From NCBI RefSeq assembly GCF_009914755.1, contig NC_060926.1: a stretch of DNA of 64,000 nt; one strand, given 5' to 3'. This document shows positions 40,475-53,681 of this stretch, piece after piece. Each line of letters starts with the position of its first letter. The first letter of the stretch is position 1. Position numbers and translations under genes: made by a program. The notes below the pieces were generated by a model, which did not search any database, had not been told where the DNA came from, and worked only from the letters and a program-made list of their open reading frames with translations. This stretch comes from the human T2T-CHM13v2.0 reference genome, Homo sapiens.

Positions 40475-41529
40475 ACACCCCAGGGCCCATGATGGAAGAT
40501 TCCAGTGGGTGATGGATTCCTGGAGGAAGGAGGAGGCCGGCCTGAGGTGGGAGATGCACAGTACGTCACTCCCTCCTTACCCTTTTAGGAGGCAGAGGGA
40601 GAGAACTGAGCCTGGATCATGGGTATTGTTAGCACAACAGCACTGGAATCCGGACATATGGGCTCTAGTTCTAGCCTCACCACTTCCTGCTTTGTGACCT
40701 TACAAAAGTCCCTTCTTCCTTAGAGCCTCAGGTTCCTTATCTGTAAAATGGGGCAGTATTAGTGTCTATTTTACTGAGCTGGTTTGAGGATAAAGTAGGG
40801 GAGAGAGTGTGGAAACACTTTGTAAACAGCCAGAGAGGTGCAAATGTAAAGTGGTGGTAGTGTTATTAATTGCCATTCACACCTAACTTGGAGCTAGTTC
40901 TTCAGAGTATGGCTGAAACTGACAGCAAGTCCCTGCCTGGCTCTCTGGAAATGCTTGTTGGAGGCTGCATATGTGATAGCTCTGCCTATGCCTTTCAGCT
41001 GGACAGAAGAAAGCCACTGAAGAAAGCCATCAGCATTCTCTGTCTCTGGAATCCCATTCTTGTTTCAGCTTGGCATAGAATCCAGGGTGAGCTGGGAGTG
41101 GAAACCCCTTTTCTTTCTGGCTGACTCAATAACGGGAGAGGAGGCAGGCAAAAGAGCAAGACAGGCCAGTGGACAATTGATGTGGCAATTAAAACCCCTA
41201 AGGGAGGAAGGAGAGCTGAGGATTTCCATGATTGTAAACTCATCAGGGCAGCTTGCTCAGCCAGAAGCCACTCCTGAGGAAGCTGGTGGGTTAAGGTTAA
41301 GAGTCGGAACAAAGACCCCTGTGGATTAGGCTGCAACTGGGAAATCACCACTAAGGCCAATTGCTGAGCAAAAGGTTGGCCTGCAGGATTGGGTCTAATG
41401 GTATCAACTCATCCTCTGATCATCCTTTTCTCTTCTCATTCGCCCCAAGCTCCTACTCAGTCAGCACACTGGAAGACTTCAAAACTTATTTGCTGAACAA
41501 AATGGGAGTGGGCTCAATCCTCTAACTCT

Positions 41530-41700
41530 TTACCACTCAAAATGTGGTCCAGGGACCAGCTGTAGCCTCATCACCTATGAATCTGTAAAATGTGTGGAAT
41601 CTCAGGCCTTGCCCCAACCCACTGAATCAGAATCTGCATTTTTAAGAGGCTCCCCTAGTGACTCCTGTGCACCTTAAATCTGGAGAAGCACTGTTCTAAC
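41530..41700 (+). mobile_element. MER5A MITE
   Basis: actcaaaatgtggtccagggaccagc...actgaatcagaatctgcattttt...ggagaagcactg. Confidence 0.7.
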
Positions 41701-44700
41701 CAACCCCCTTCTTGGGCTGTAGCCAGTTATTTCATTGGCTGGATGGCCAAATCGCGCTGTGGGTAGGTCAATCAATCCTGCAACATTTGGCAATTATGAC
41801 ACCTGATTCCACTCTAAGAGAGACAAATTGGTACAGTCATGGAGCTGTGACCTCAGCAGCAGCTGTGGGAGCTGCCAAGTATAAACTCCAGGCCAAATGA
41901 CACTACTTCTTTTCCTTCCTGCGTGACAACTCTGTTAACATTTTTGATAAATATGTGCTATACATTTTCTTGAAAATATAGAGTCATGGGAAAAATGCTA
42001 GAAGAAATACATCAAAATATTACAGTTATCTCTGAATGTTTGAGAGGGAGGATTATGGGCGATAGTTATTTTCTCTTGTGTACATTTCTAGATTTTCTGT
42101 ATTTTACAACCAGTATGTTTTATCTTACAATAAAGAAATACACTTTTAAAACACTGTTTTTGCCTGGCAGGAAGAGTATCCCCAGCACACAGATGAGATT
42201 ATCAAGTCCATGGGGGAAAAGTGATCTGTCTGCAATACCTAGTGAATCACTGACCCATCTAGGGGATGAAGTGGGAACATCTGGCCCCTTTCTAGGGAGC
42301 CACATGCCATCGAGGCCATTGGTCAGAACGCAGAGAGAGTCACGAAGACCCCCTTCAGTGCATTACAGCATCTGGGATGTCTCACTTGGATTTGGCGATG
42401 TTTAATTAGAAATGCAGGAGTGGCTGTATTGGAGAGGGGACCGAGAGTACTGTGTTGGAGTGTGGGTTTGGAGGAGAGAGTACAGTGGACATATGAGGAT
42501 CATGATTGGCTAGAAAAAGGCAAGGGAATGTCACCTCCATCTCAGGCCCTCCACTCATCCTGGACAACTGTTAGAATTTTTAAGGGCTCCAAAGAGATCC
42601 AGTTACGTTGCCCAGAGTGAGTCTGATAATCTGTTTGCAGCCCCAGCATGTGCGGAGGACTCCCTCTGGGAAGGTGTGGGGAGTTGAGGCTGGCTTTTGG
42701 TAGGGGGAGTTGATTAAATGCAACCTACTTTCCCCTTCCAAATTCCAACCATGGCAGGGTTTGGTCAACTACCCTGGCCCAAGATGAAAGACCCTCAGGA
42801 AGGTTCTTTAGAGGACCTGGCCATTCCTAACAGAGCTGCAGTGTGAACACCTGCTCAGAGGAAACATTTTAACAGGTTCCAGACCACCTGGAAAGAGCTG
42901 GTGTAGTCAAGAGTATTTTCCTATGATGTTGGTGTTGATTCTGGAAACCATCCCCCTGAAGAAAATAATAACATGAATAATACTGGCTAACATTTACTGA
43001 GCACTTACTTTGTGCCAGGAGCTGCTCCAAACACTTCCTGCTTGTTTCTCAGACCTCAGAGTGTCAGTAGGCATCACTTTACAGATGAGGAACCCGAGAC
43101 CCAGAGGGGGAGGCCCCCAGAGAAAGGCGGTAGCAGGGCCCTGGACCTCCCTGTCTCTTCCTGGCCCCTTCATCCTGGGTGTGTCTGTGGCTAGGTTCAG
43201 TGCTTATCATAGCTAAGTGCTGGAAGCTCGTGAAACAGAGTTTACCCTGCAGTGGTTTGAGTGTGGCTCTGAAGTCAGACTGAGCCTGAATCACTGCTCA
43301 GCTTCTGGCTATCAGTTTGATCGTGGACAACCACTTAAACTCCGTGAGCTTCAGCTTCCTTGTCTCTAACAAAGATGGGTACAATAGCATCACACAGGAT
43401 GTTGTAAGGATGAAGCAAGTTCCTACATGAAAAGTGTTGAGAACAGCTCCTGCCTCATAGAGTAAAGGCTCAACAGGTAAGCTGGTGTTGTTGCTGTTGT
43501 TATCTTCATGGGAATGGTTTTCAGAGTCAACATTAGTGTGATGGGGAACACAGCAAAAATGCCGGAAAGGATAGGGCACACAAATAAGAAAAAGGATATT
43601 TTCTAAGAGTTTTGCTAAGATCTGAGTGGGAATAACTCTCCTGAATTGAACTTCCCTCCCAGCAACTGCTTTCTGTAGCCAAGAACACAGTGGGGGTGTT
43701 CTCCAGGGTGGAGGGGTTACTCTGACAGCTTGTCAGAGCCGCTTTTCAAATGTGGCTGAAAAAGCCTCTGGGCCCCAGGTTCTTGCCCTCAGTGCCTGAA
43801 GTAGACTGCCCTGAAGCTTGGAGCTGGCCAGGAAACCAGTAGTGGTAAGCTTTGGAGTGGTGGGAAATGCCCTGAGCCCATAGTAATGGACTGGATCCTG
43901 AAGGTTCAGGGCTCTAATCTGTCCCTGACATGCTGTGTGACCCTGAACAAGTCAATTGCCTTATCTGTGCCTTCATTTTCCCAATTGTCAATCAGGGCAT
44001 GGCCTGCCCGACCTGTGTCCCAGCTGGGAAGTAGGTATCAAAAAACTTGAAAAAGGCAATCGCGAAATCACAGAGTTCAGAGGCACTGCTGGAAACACTG
44101 CAGACACAAATAAATAGAGACACACACACAGGCCCCTGAACAGGGCACTGTGGGCAGGACTGGCTTCACTTTGGGCCATGTGTGTAGTGAGAACTATACG
44201 AGAAAGGCCAGGAGCGGAACAGAACAGGGTAAGCAAAGCCCTTCCCTGTAACTCTTTGCTGAGTTTTATCTAAAAACATACAACTATTCCATTATCATTG
44301 GAAAACTTCACTTGAAAGTTTTGTATAGAAATGAAGTTTTAAAAATGGGAAAATGAATGTCTTTATTGCTTAATTTAAATGAGAATAAATGAAACCTTCT
44401 CCACCCCCCACAAAGGGTCCAGATGACTGGGGGCAGAGGGCCCTGTTTTAAAACGTATTTTGGAAACTTCCTTGCAGGCCACTGGGGTCTGCATATCTGG
44501 GAGGTGAGGCATTTGCTCCGGGTCTGGGCCCCACCCCAGGCACCATTCTGCCTCCTCCTTCCCCAGTCCAGGCTCCATTTCACTCCCGCCCCTGTGTGAA
44601 GCTTTCAGTGCTTTGAGGGAAGATGCCAAGTTATTCATCTCTGCTCCAGGATCTGGCACATTTTCCAGCTGCCTGTAGGTATTCTGGAAGCGTTGGTGGT

Positions 44701-45014
44701 TTCAGTGGCAAAAACATCAAGGGCTCTGCGGTGATTACTTCTGGAGAGGCAGCTGCGGGGAGCACCATGTTCAAGTGCAGGAGCACCAGCTGGGAGTCTA
44801 CTCCGCCCCGACTGCCAGTGGGGCCTCGGCAATTTGTTTTCCCCTATGGAGTCCAAGTTTCCCAACTCATTCTTTCCTCTCATCAATGAAGAGTCAGTAA
44901 GCACAGACGCTGTGCCAGGAATCATGAGAGGTATTGCTATGGGAAAGATGACCAGACTCAAACCACCCACAGAGAGGAAGAGAGACATGGAAATCACCTC
45001 CATAAAACATAATG

Positions 45015-45345
45015 GATGCATGCCCACTAGGATGGCTAAAATTAAAAAGACAGATAATATGACGTGTTGGCAAAGATATGGAGAAAGTGGGCCCCTCGTA
45101 GGATGCTAAATGCCCAGAATAGGCAAATCTATAGAAACAAAGATTAGTGGTTGGTTCAGGCTAATGGCAGGGGGTTTGGAGCAAAATGGGGAGAGATACT
45201 ACAGGTTCCTTTTCGGGGTGATAAAAATGTTCTAAAATAAAATTGTGATGATGGTTGAACAACCCTGTGACTATATGGAAAACAGGGAATTGTACACTTG
45301 AAGTGGGTGAATTGTATGTGAATTGTATCTCAAAACTATTCATAA
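45015..45345 (+). mobile_element. Old L1M 3' fragment with an internal deletion
   Basis: cccactaggatggctaaaattaaaaagacaga ... ataggcaaatctatagaaaca ... gtgaattgtatctcaa. Confidence 0.7.
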
Positions 45346-45955
45346 AAAGTAATGGCAATGATGATATTTGGATGGATCCACTGGATTGTGGGGGAAGGAT
45401 CCAGAGGGAGAAGAACCAGTGGTACTTGTGGGGGATGGCCAGGGAGGCTTTCTGAAAGAATCGACTCAGGGCGAGTCTTGAAGTAGATGTGACTCGAGAA
45501 AGGAAAGGGGAGACCATGTGAGCAAAGCCATGGAGGCATGAAGGATCTGTAAGGTGGTTCCATACAGCCGGAGCTGGGGTGCATGGAGGAGGGAGAGGAT
45601 GAGGGGCAGGTGGGGAATGGGACTTGGAAGGCGAGGGAAGTCTGGGCATAGAGGACTTCCAATGTCACATTAGAGCTGGGCTTTATCCTGCACATTTTCT
45701 CTGTGCCTTGAGGATGCTGATAGCATCACTTACAAGATCTTGTTTGGTTCTTGACTTATATGACTACGGACCAGGCTATTTCTAGACCACAAATCTTAGC
45801 TCTGCCTCTTGAAGACTGTGTGGCTTTGCCATGAGAGGAGTCACAAGTGTCAGTGGATATCAGGAAGGCTGTCCATGCTCTCATGCCTGGGATAATGGGG
45901 ACAACGGGGTTATGAGCATGGGCTGGGCTCAGGCAGGGTGGGGCAGCCCCATCTA

Positions 45956-46294
<339 letters not shown>

Positions 46295-48174
46295 TCACGC
46301 TCATCCATGGCCTGCTGGGGTATCTCACTTTCTAGGAAGGTGAGCAGCAGAGTGGTCCATGTTCCCTCCATGACATTCCTCCTCGGGGGTCCTCAAACCC
46401 ATGACTTTAGTGTGCCAAGTGGATGGCCTCCAGGTGGAGTCTCACCTGCACAGATAGCTCCACCCTCAAGGTCAAATTTGGGGTACCAAGAGGTGGATCT
46501 GGTCTAGTGCATGTCCCCCATGTTCTTGACCCCAGGTTCTACCACTGGAGTGACTTATTGAGAAGATATTAGAAAGATGCAGCACTTTCTGTTCTGGAAT
46601 GCAAAGAACACCATCATGCAAGCCTGGGCCTCAGATCTGGACTTGGATCCTCCTGCCTGGCTGTATGAGGCTGACCATGTCCCTTCTCTGTGTGGCCCCT
46701 GTCCCATCCTCTATCAAAGGAGGGATTTCTATTAGATTGCTAAGGTTTGCTCTAGTCTGAAATTCCTAGATAATTAATTTTATCCAGAGGGGGAAGGGAT
46801 GGGGGCAGTTTATAATGAACATACAGAGTTATCAGTTTCTGGATTAAGAACAATGCATTTTGATAATGAATTAACCTGTGACCACTCACATCTTTGCAGG
46901 CCCCAGAGATTCAGACAACAGGAAGGAGAAGGCTGGTCTGGCTTAGCCTCCCTGACCAAATGGAGGGCTTTGCCTGGGGACCACCTCACAAGGCCTGGCT
47001 GGTGCCTCCTGCTACTCAGTTCTTGGCTGATGTCAGATGGGGAGACTCTGGCCCCTGTGGAGATGAGCAGGTAGGGCTCACCTGGGTCAACACCCCGAGT
47101 GAGCCTGCCTTACTCTCTGCCTTGTTTTCTAGCTCTATCCTGGTCATAGCTGGTGCTAAACCCATCTCAGTGCTCAGGGCAGTGGGGGAAGATGAACTAG
47201 GACCCCACTTGGCTAAGTCCCCCAGCCTCTCTGAGCCTCACATGGGGGTGGGGCCTTTCCAACTCTGGCTGCAAATCAAACTCAACTGATTCTGATGAGG
47301 TACTCTCCAGGTTAGGTGATCTTTAATATCTAAAAGTCCATGATTTCCTGGTTCAAAGGACTCTTCCTAATAGCACTGAAACTAACATGAAGCACAGCTT
47401 GTTTACTTCTGGAATTTCTCCATCTACTTTAGCACATCTGGCCCTGTGAGGAAACTAGACAGGTCTTAATGATGTCCATTTCCTAAGTGGGAAAACTGAG
47501 GTCAGAGAGGTTCAGTGACTTATCTCAGGCCCCACACCTGGTATGTGGGATTCACACCCAGCTTCTCTGACTGTAAAGGTGCCCTCTCCATCTCACGGAA
47601 GGAGATGCTGGAGGTGGCCTTGTGCCCTCTTTTCTAGGGTAGTCCAGATAAGGCAGAGTTTGTCAGATGACAGCACACGGCCACCCAGCATTGTCCACCC
47701 TGCCTCCTACTGGGCATTCTCTGCAAATACTAGTAATGGGAAAACAGATCCCACCTCCTTCCAGGGAATCATATCTGAGCCCTTTCACCTGCTCTTCAAG
47801 GTCCCTGTGATCTGGGCCTAAGTTGCTTTGCCTCTCCCTCTGCCTCTGCTCATGGACTCTGTGCTGCAGGCTCCCAGAGGGCGATGAACATGGTCATGTG
47901 ATGGTTGTGTGATGATGCACCCCATACTCTGCTGATTGAAATCCTGCCGTCCGTCCAGGTCCAGCTCACAGACACTGCCTGGCACAATCCTCACACCTTC
48001 CTCCCCACCTCCATTTGGGGAGCTGCTGCTTCCATGCAACCTGCCTCCAGAACGCTTGTGCACAATCCCATCATCTTCATCAAGTTGTGTGAGCTTGGCG
48101 TTCACCCCAGGCCTAGCCAGTGCCTGGCCCCTAGGAGGGTTCATGAATGCCTGCACATTAGGTTACCTATCTTC

Positions 48175-48628
48175 AGTAGGCGGAATAGCAGACCCCCAAA
48201 TAGACACATCCGAATCCCTGGGGCCCGTGAAAATGTTACCTATGTGGTAAAAGAGGCTTTGCTGCTGTGATTAAGAATCTTTAGCTGGAGATATTAACCT
48301 GGAATATCTAGGGTTGGGGGGTATGGGCAATGTGATCACCAGACAAGACAGTCAAAGTAAGAAGTAGGGGACTATGAGGGTGGAAGCAAGCGTTTGGAGT
48401 AGTGGGAGGAAGGGGTCACAAGCCAAAGGGTGCTGGCAGCCTCTGAAAGCTGGAAAAGTCAAGGAAGCGATTCTCCTAAAGCCTCCAGGAGGAACCTGGC
48501 CTGCCTGACATGACTTTAGTCCAGTGAAACTAATTTCATACTTCTGCCCTCCAGAACTGTAAAAGAACAAATTCATGTTGCTCTATTACGTTCGTGGTAG
48601 TTTTTACAGCAGCAATAGAGAATGAACA
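48175..48628 (+). mobile_element. MLT1 (D-like) solo LTR
   Basis: aatgttacctatgtggtaaaagagg, ggcagcctctgaaagctggaaaag, cctccagaactgtaa, tacagcagcaataga. Confidence 0.8.
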
Positions 48629-48899
48629 CTCCATCGAAACCTGACTCCCGCTGAAATCCCAGACAGCCGAGGCTCCCATCACTGGGAGCCCAGAGTAGAT
48701 TTAGATCCACTTCTCAGTGCTCTAATTTGTTTTTGTGACTAGACCTTTGTGGTCCCCTGGACTATTCATCTCTACCTTTTTCTTACTCACACAGAAGGAA
48801 AAACACCACTCCATTCGTTCCTGGGCCTCAAGATAGCCTAAGCAAGGTTTCCCCAGATAACTTATAGATTCTAAGTGCAGGAAAATGCACAACAAAAAA

Positions 48900-49050
48900 T
48901 TACCCTTGAACAATACAGGTTTGGACCCACTTATACATGGATCTCACCCAACACGGATGGAAAATACAATATTTTTGGGTTTGGCAGGGCTGACTGGGCC
49001 TGTGCAGATTTGGGGGTCCTGGAATCAATCCCCCACTGTATGGAGGCCAT
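48900..49050 (+). mobile_element. MER2/Tigger-like DNA transposon fragment
   Basis: acccttgaacaa...ggtttg, cacttataca, gggggtcctggaatcaatcccc. Confidence 0.55.
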
Positions 49051-49615
49051 ATTCTCAGACAAACACACAGGATCAAAGTACAGAGGGAACAGGAGAACGA
49101 GATACAATGCTCATTTTAGGATGTAAAATGTCAAATTCATTTTGCAGCTTTAATTTTGGGCATCAATTCTTTACCTATCATTCATGTCCTCTTGGAAGCT
49201 AGAAGGTAAAACGCCTTTCTGCACACACTGGTGCTGGTCCCACGGAAGGTGTGGTCTCCCTAAAACAGTGGGAGAAGATGCCCCCTTGCCTGGGGAGCTG
49301 ACGGGGCTGTGTCCCAGGAGTCGAGAGCACCCCAGAAGCAGCACCTGCTTGCTCACTAAACTTGTAACAACCAGGACAGGGAGTTCTATTCTTTCTACTT
49401 AGTAGGAGAAAATGGGGAAGGCCAGTGTCCTCTTTGCCCCTCTTTCAAGGCACAGGTATTTAGGATAACAAGAAAAGTTCTCACATTTGCTTGGTGATTT
49501 TGTTTCCAAATCACTTTTTCTTATGCCTTACCACAGGAGACCATTAAATATAGTTAAGACCTTATTACCCTCACTCCCAGCCCTGCCACAGAAAACATAA
49601 GTGAACTTAAAAATC

Positions 49616-49949
<334 letters not shown>

Positions 49950-50717
49950 TCAACCTCCTGAACAAATCTAGGCTATGTCTGTTTCATCCACACCTTATGT
50001 CCCAATGGGCATGGGTGTTTCACACACCAATCACCTGTCATTCCTCAAAGAGGTCTTACAGCTTCTTTTACTTTCCTTCATTCTAAAAACAGAATCCAAT
50101 TGTCTGAAGTTCAAAAGCAGGGTCAAAAGAAACAAAGAAAATGCCCAGAATCCCACCACCCAGAGGCCACCATTTTTAACATCTTGGTAGATTTCTCTTT
50201 GGTTTAGTTTCTTCTGCCCATGCTTTATAAGTATGTATAGTTGTGTCATACATATAGGCCTTAAAATAATTTAGGTTGTATCACAAGCTTTTCCAAAGGT
50301 TTTAAAATTTTCCCATAAAAATCCTTTTTAATGGCTACAATATTGTGCAATATGTCCCATCATTTATTTAAACATTATTCAATGATTGGGCTGCTAGTCT
50401 GTTTATGATGACGCTTTGAAGAATATCTTTGAGCGTAAACCTTTGCCTGCACTGCAGATTATTTTCATAGGATAGATTCCCAGAAGTGGAATTACTGAAT
50501 CAAAAGGTATAAACATTTTAAAGGCTCTTAATACAGATTGCCAAATTGCTTTCTAGAAGTTAATCCAATTTACACTCTTCACCAGCTGTGTTCATACAGG
50601 CACATCCCTCATACTACCTCCTGGCCAACCCTGAGTTTTACCAGAATTTTTATTTTTAACTAAAGGTATCCCTCTGCTGTTTTATTTTGGATTTCTTTGA
50701 TAGCCAGTGAAGTTGGG

Positions 50718-51014
50718 TTTTTTTGTTTTTTTGTTTTTTTTTGAGGCAGAGTCTCACTCTGTGGCCTAGGCTGGAGTGCCGTGGTGCAATCTCAGCTCAC
50801 GGCAACCTCCGCCTCCTGGGTTGAAGTGATTCTCCTGCCTCAGCCTCCCAGGCAGCTGGGATTACAGGTGCCTGCCACCATGCCTGGCTAATTTTTGTAT
50901 TTTTAGTAGAGACGAGGTTTCGCCATGTTGGCCAGGCTGGTCTTGAACTCCTGGCTTCAAGTGATCCGCCCACCTTGGCCTCCCAAATACAGGCATAAGC
51001 TATCGTGCCCAGCC
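50718..51014 (-). mobile_element. Alu (AluSx/Sz-like)
   Basis: Reverse-complement dimer with a short deletion in the left arm. Confidence 0.93.
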
Positions 51015-51240
51015 TCGAGGTTGAATTTTTTCTCACATTACTAGCTTTTTTTTCTTTCCAAATTTATTTTTTAGGGAATTGCCAACGTATCGATTAGGTT
51101 CTTCCTGTTTTCATACTGAGTTGTATGAGGTCATTAATAAGGATGCAAAACTATTTATCATATGCGTGACAATTTTTCCCAGTATTTTATGTATATTTTC
51201 ATTCTGTTTATAATGTATTTTGATAAACAGGCATTTTAAA

Positions 51241-51520
51241 TTTTCTGAGACAGGGTCTCTGTCACCTAGGTTGGAGCGTCATGGCGCAACCTTGGCTCGT
51301 CCTAGCCTTGACCTTCCCGACCTCGGGTGATTCTTCCACCTCAGCCTTTTAAATAGCTGGGAATAGAGGTGTGCAGCACCATGCCTGGCTGCCTTTTTTT
51401 TGGAGAGATGGGGTTTCACCATGTTGCTCAGGCTGGTCTCGAATTCCTGATCTCAAGCAATCCTCCTGCCTCAGCCTCCTGAAGTGCTGGGATTAGAGGT
51501 GTGAGCCACTGCACCCAGCC
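51241..51520 (-). mobile_element. Alu (AluJ-like)
   Basis: Diverged reverse-complement dimer; flanked by aaattttc. Confidence 0.9.
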
Positions 51521-53368
51521 TGAAATTTTCATGTGATGCCTCCCTATTCATATTTTCCTTGGTGATTTCCTCTTCTGTATGGATGCTTACTGAGTTTGTT
51601 CCATGTGGGATCAGTAGGTCACATGTGGGTTATCCTTTGGAATCTTTGGCTTCCCCTCTCCTCTGGGGACACCTTCCACCAACTCTTCCTCTTTCGGCCC
51701 TGGGGATCTAGATCTCACCACCTCATCTGTGCCATTTTCATGGATTCTCCCCTCCATGAATGTCCCTTTCCCTTGGGTACATTACTTCTTCTTACAATTA
51801 ATGTGGTAGACACTGCTACATATCATTACTATGGCTTGTATGCCTGACTTCCTCATCCAGCTGCAAGTGACTTGAAGGGGGAGGTGTCAAGTCTCACCTT
51901 CAAGAGCCTCAGACAGTGTCTGGTATAAAGATCTAAATTCTCCCTATTTGGGAATTGAACTCATCCTGTGTATTAGCTGGGGAAGGTCTCATTATGTCCA
52001 TTTGATAGTTGAGAATACCAAAGCTCCGAGTGGTTAGTGGCTGGCTGAGAGACTGATGGAAACCCACTGATTTAGATCCCTTGTTCTCTATTCTTTATGC
52101 GGCCTCCAAGGAGTGGTAATGGTGGGCATGGAAGGTCAGGCTGTCAGCATCCCTGCCCTTCACCCACACACCTTGACAAAGGAGGAGGTCCAGGAGCAGG
52201 AGCCAGTGTGGCTTCCACTCTCTGATGCCCTGGATTTTGTCCCCAGGACCTGTCTTCCTGGGTGGAAGCACAGCAGCAGCCCAGAGGTGCCTACGTTTTC
52301 AGCACTGCTACCAACTCCGCCCAGTCTCCTTCCCCGAATGGAGATTTCCAGGCTCCCTGGCACGGCCTTCTCTGTCCCACAGGGAGCTTTGTGCTTGCAG
52401 AAGAGTCAATTAGATGGACGCCTGGTACTGTGATCTCTACTGCCAGCCCAAGCCCCAAACTAACGAGGCACAACAAAAAACAACGCTCTGTCTTCTCAAG
52501 TTCTGTTTTTTATGGGGCCCATAAATTCCAAGAAGGAATGTATCCTTGGTGAATGATTTTAATCAAGGGCCTGAGTTCCCAAACAGCATCTTCTCTGTGG
52601 TTATAAAATGATTGTTCTGGCCTGCGGTGTAGAGTATCCTGAGGCCCCGGCTGGCCACAGCCTGCAGAGCAACGAGGAAGGGCAGTGGCTTAGACGTGAA
52701 AAGCCAGCTCCTGTTTCCCATTGACACTTCTGATGCCTTCTGCCCATGTGGTTCCTGGTAACCACTGAAACACCTAAATGCCCTAATAGGCAAAAGTAAG
52801 GGAGATCTGAGATCAAGCCACTCTGGGAAGAGTCGGTGCTTGGGGATCTTTTATTAGTGAGGGTCCTTTCTACGGGAATTTACATATTAGCCTTTGAAAT
52901 GGCACTTCCCCCAGACTAACAATGTAAATCACAGGGGGTTACCTTTATATAGCATTTTAATAGCTTACAATGTGTTTTCTTTACCCTTCGTTTGAATCTC
53001 ATAAAAACTGGAAGGACCGTTAGTAATATGCTCATTTGATTAATCAGAAGACTGAGGATGTGAGAGCCTACACAATGCACAGAGAAATGATTTTTAGACA
53101 ACAAAGAACTACAGAAGGTAACCAGTGACTTACTGGGTACTTTGCAAGTGGTCTCACAGCTAGTAAACCACAGATAGGGGCCCAAGACCTGGTGAGATGA
53201 TCCGAGCTCGAGTTCCTCTCCCATGACTCAGATTAAATTGTCTTCTAGGAGAGGCTCCCTGACTGCCCATGGGAGTCACTTGGGAAGTAAGGAATATTTT
53301 TGATGTTCAGGCCAATGAAATCAGTATCTCTGGAGGATAGACTCTTGGCACTGGTGGTTTTAAAATTT

Positions 53369-53681
53369 CTGGGTGCCGTGGCTTACACCTGTAATCGCAG
53401 CACTTTGGTGGGCTGAGGTAGGTGGATTGCTTGTGGTCAGGAGTTCAAGACCAGCCTGACCAACATAGTGAAACCCCATCTCTACTAAAAATACAAAAAT
53501 TAGCTGGGCGTGGTCATGGGCACCTGTAATCACAGCTACTTGGGAGGGCTGAGGCAGGAGATCCCTTGAACCTGGGAGGCGGAGGTTGCAGTGAGCCGAG
53601 ATCATGCCATTGCACTACAGCCTGGTGACAAAGTGAGACTGTCTCAAAAAACAAACAAACAAACAACAACAACAACAACAA
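53369..53681 (+). mobile_element. Alu (AluS-like) with a (CAAA)/(CAA)n tail inside a MER5-like relic
   Basis: Full dimer. Confidence 0.93.

Larger units (their letters stand above)
50040..51590 (-). mobile_element. Old L1M(E)-like fragment interrupted by two Alus
   Basis: ggatagattcccagaagtggaattactg, gattgccaaattgctttc and similar antisense L1 3' motifs continue across both Alus. Confidence 0.7.
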
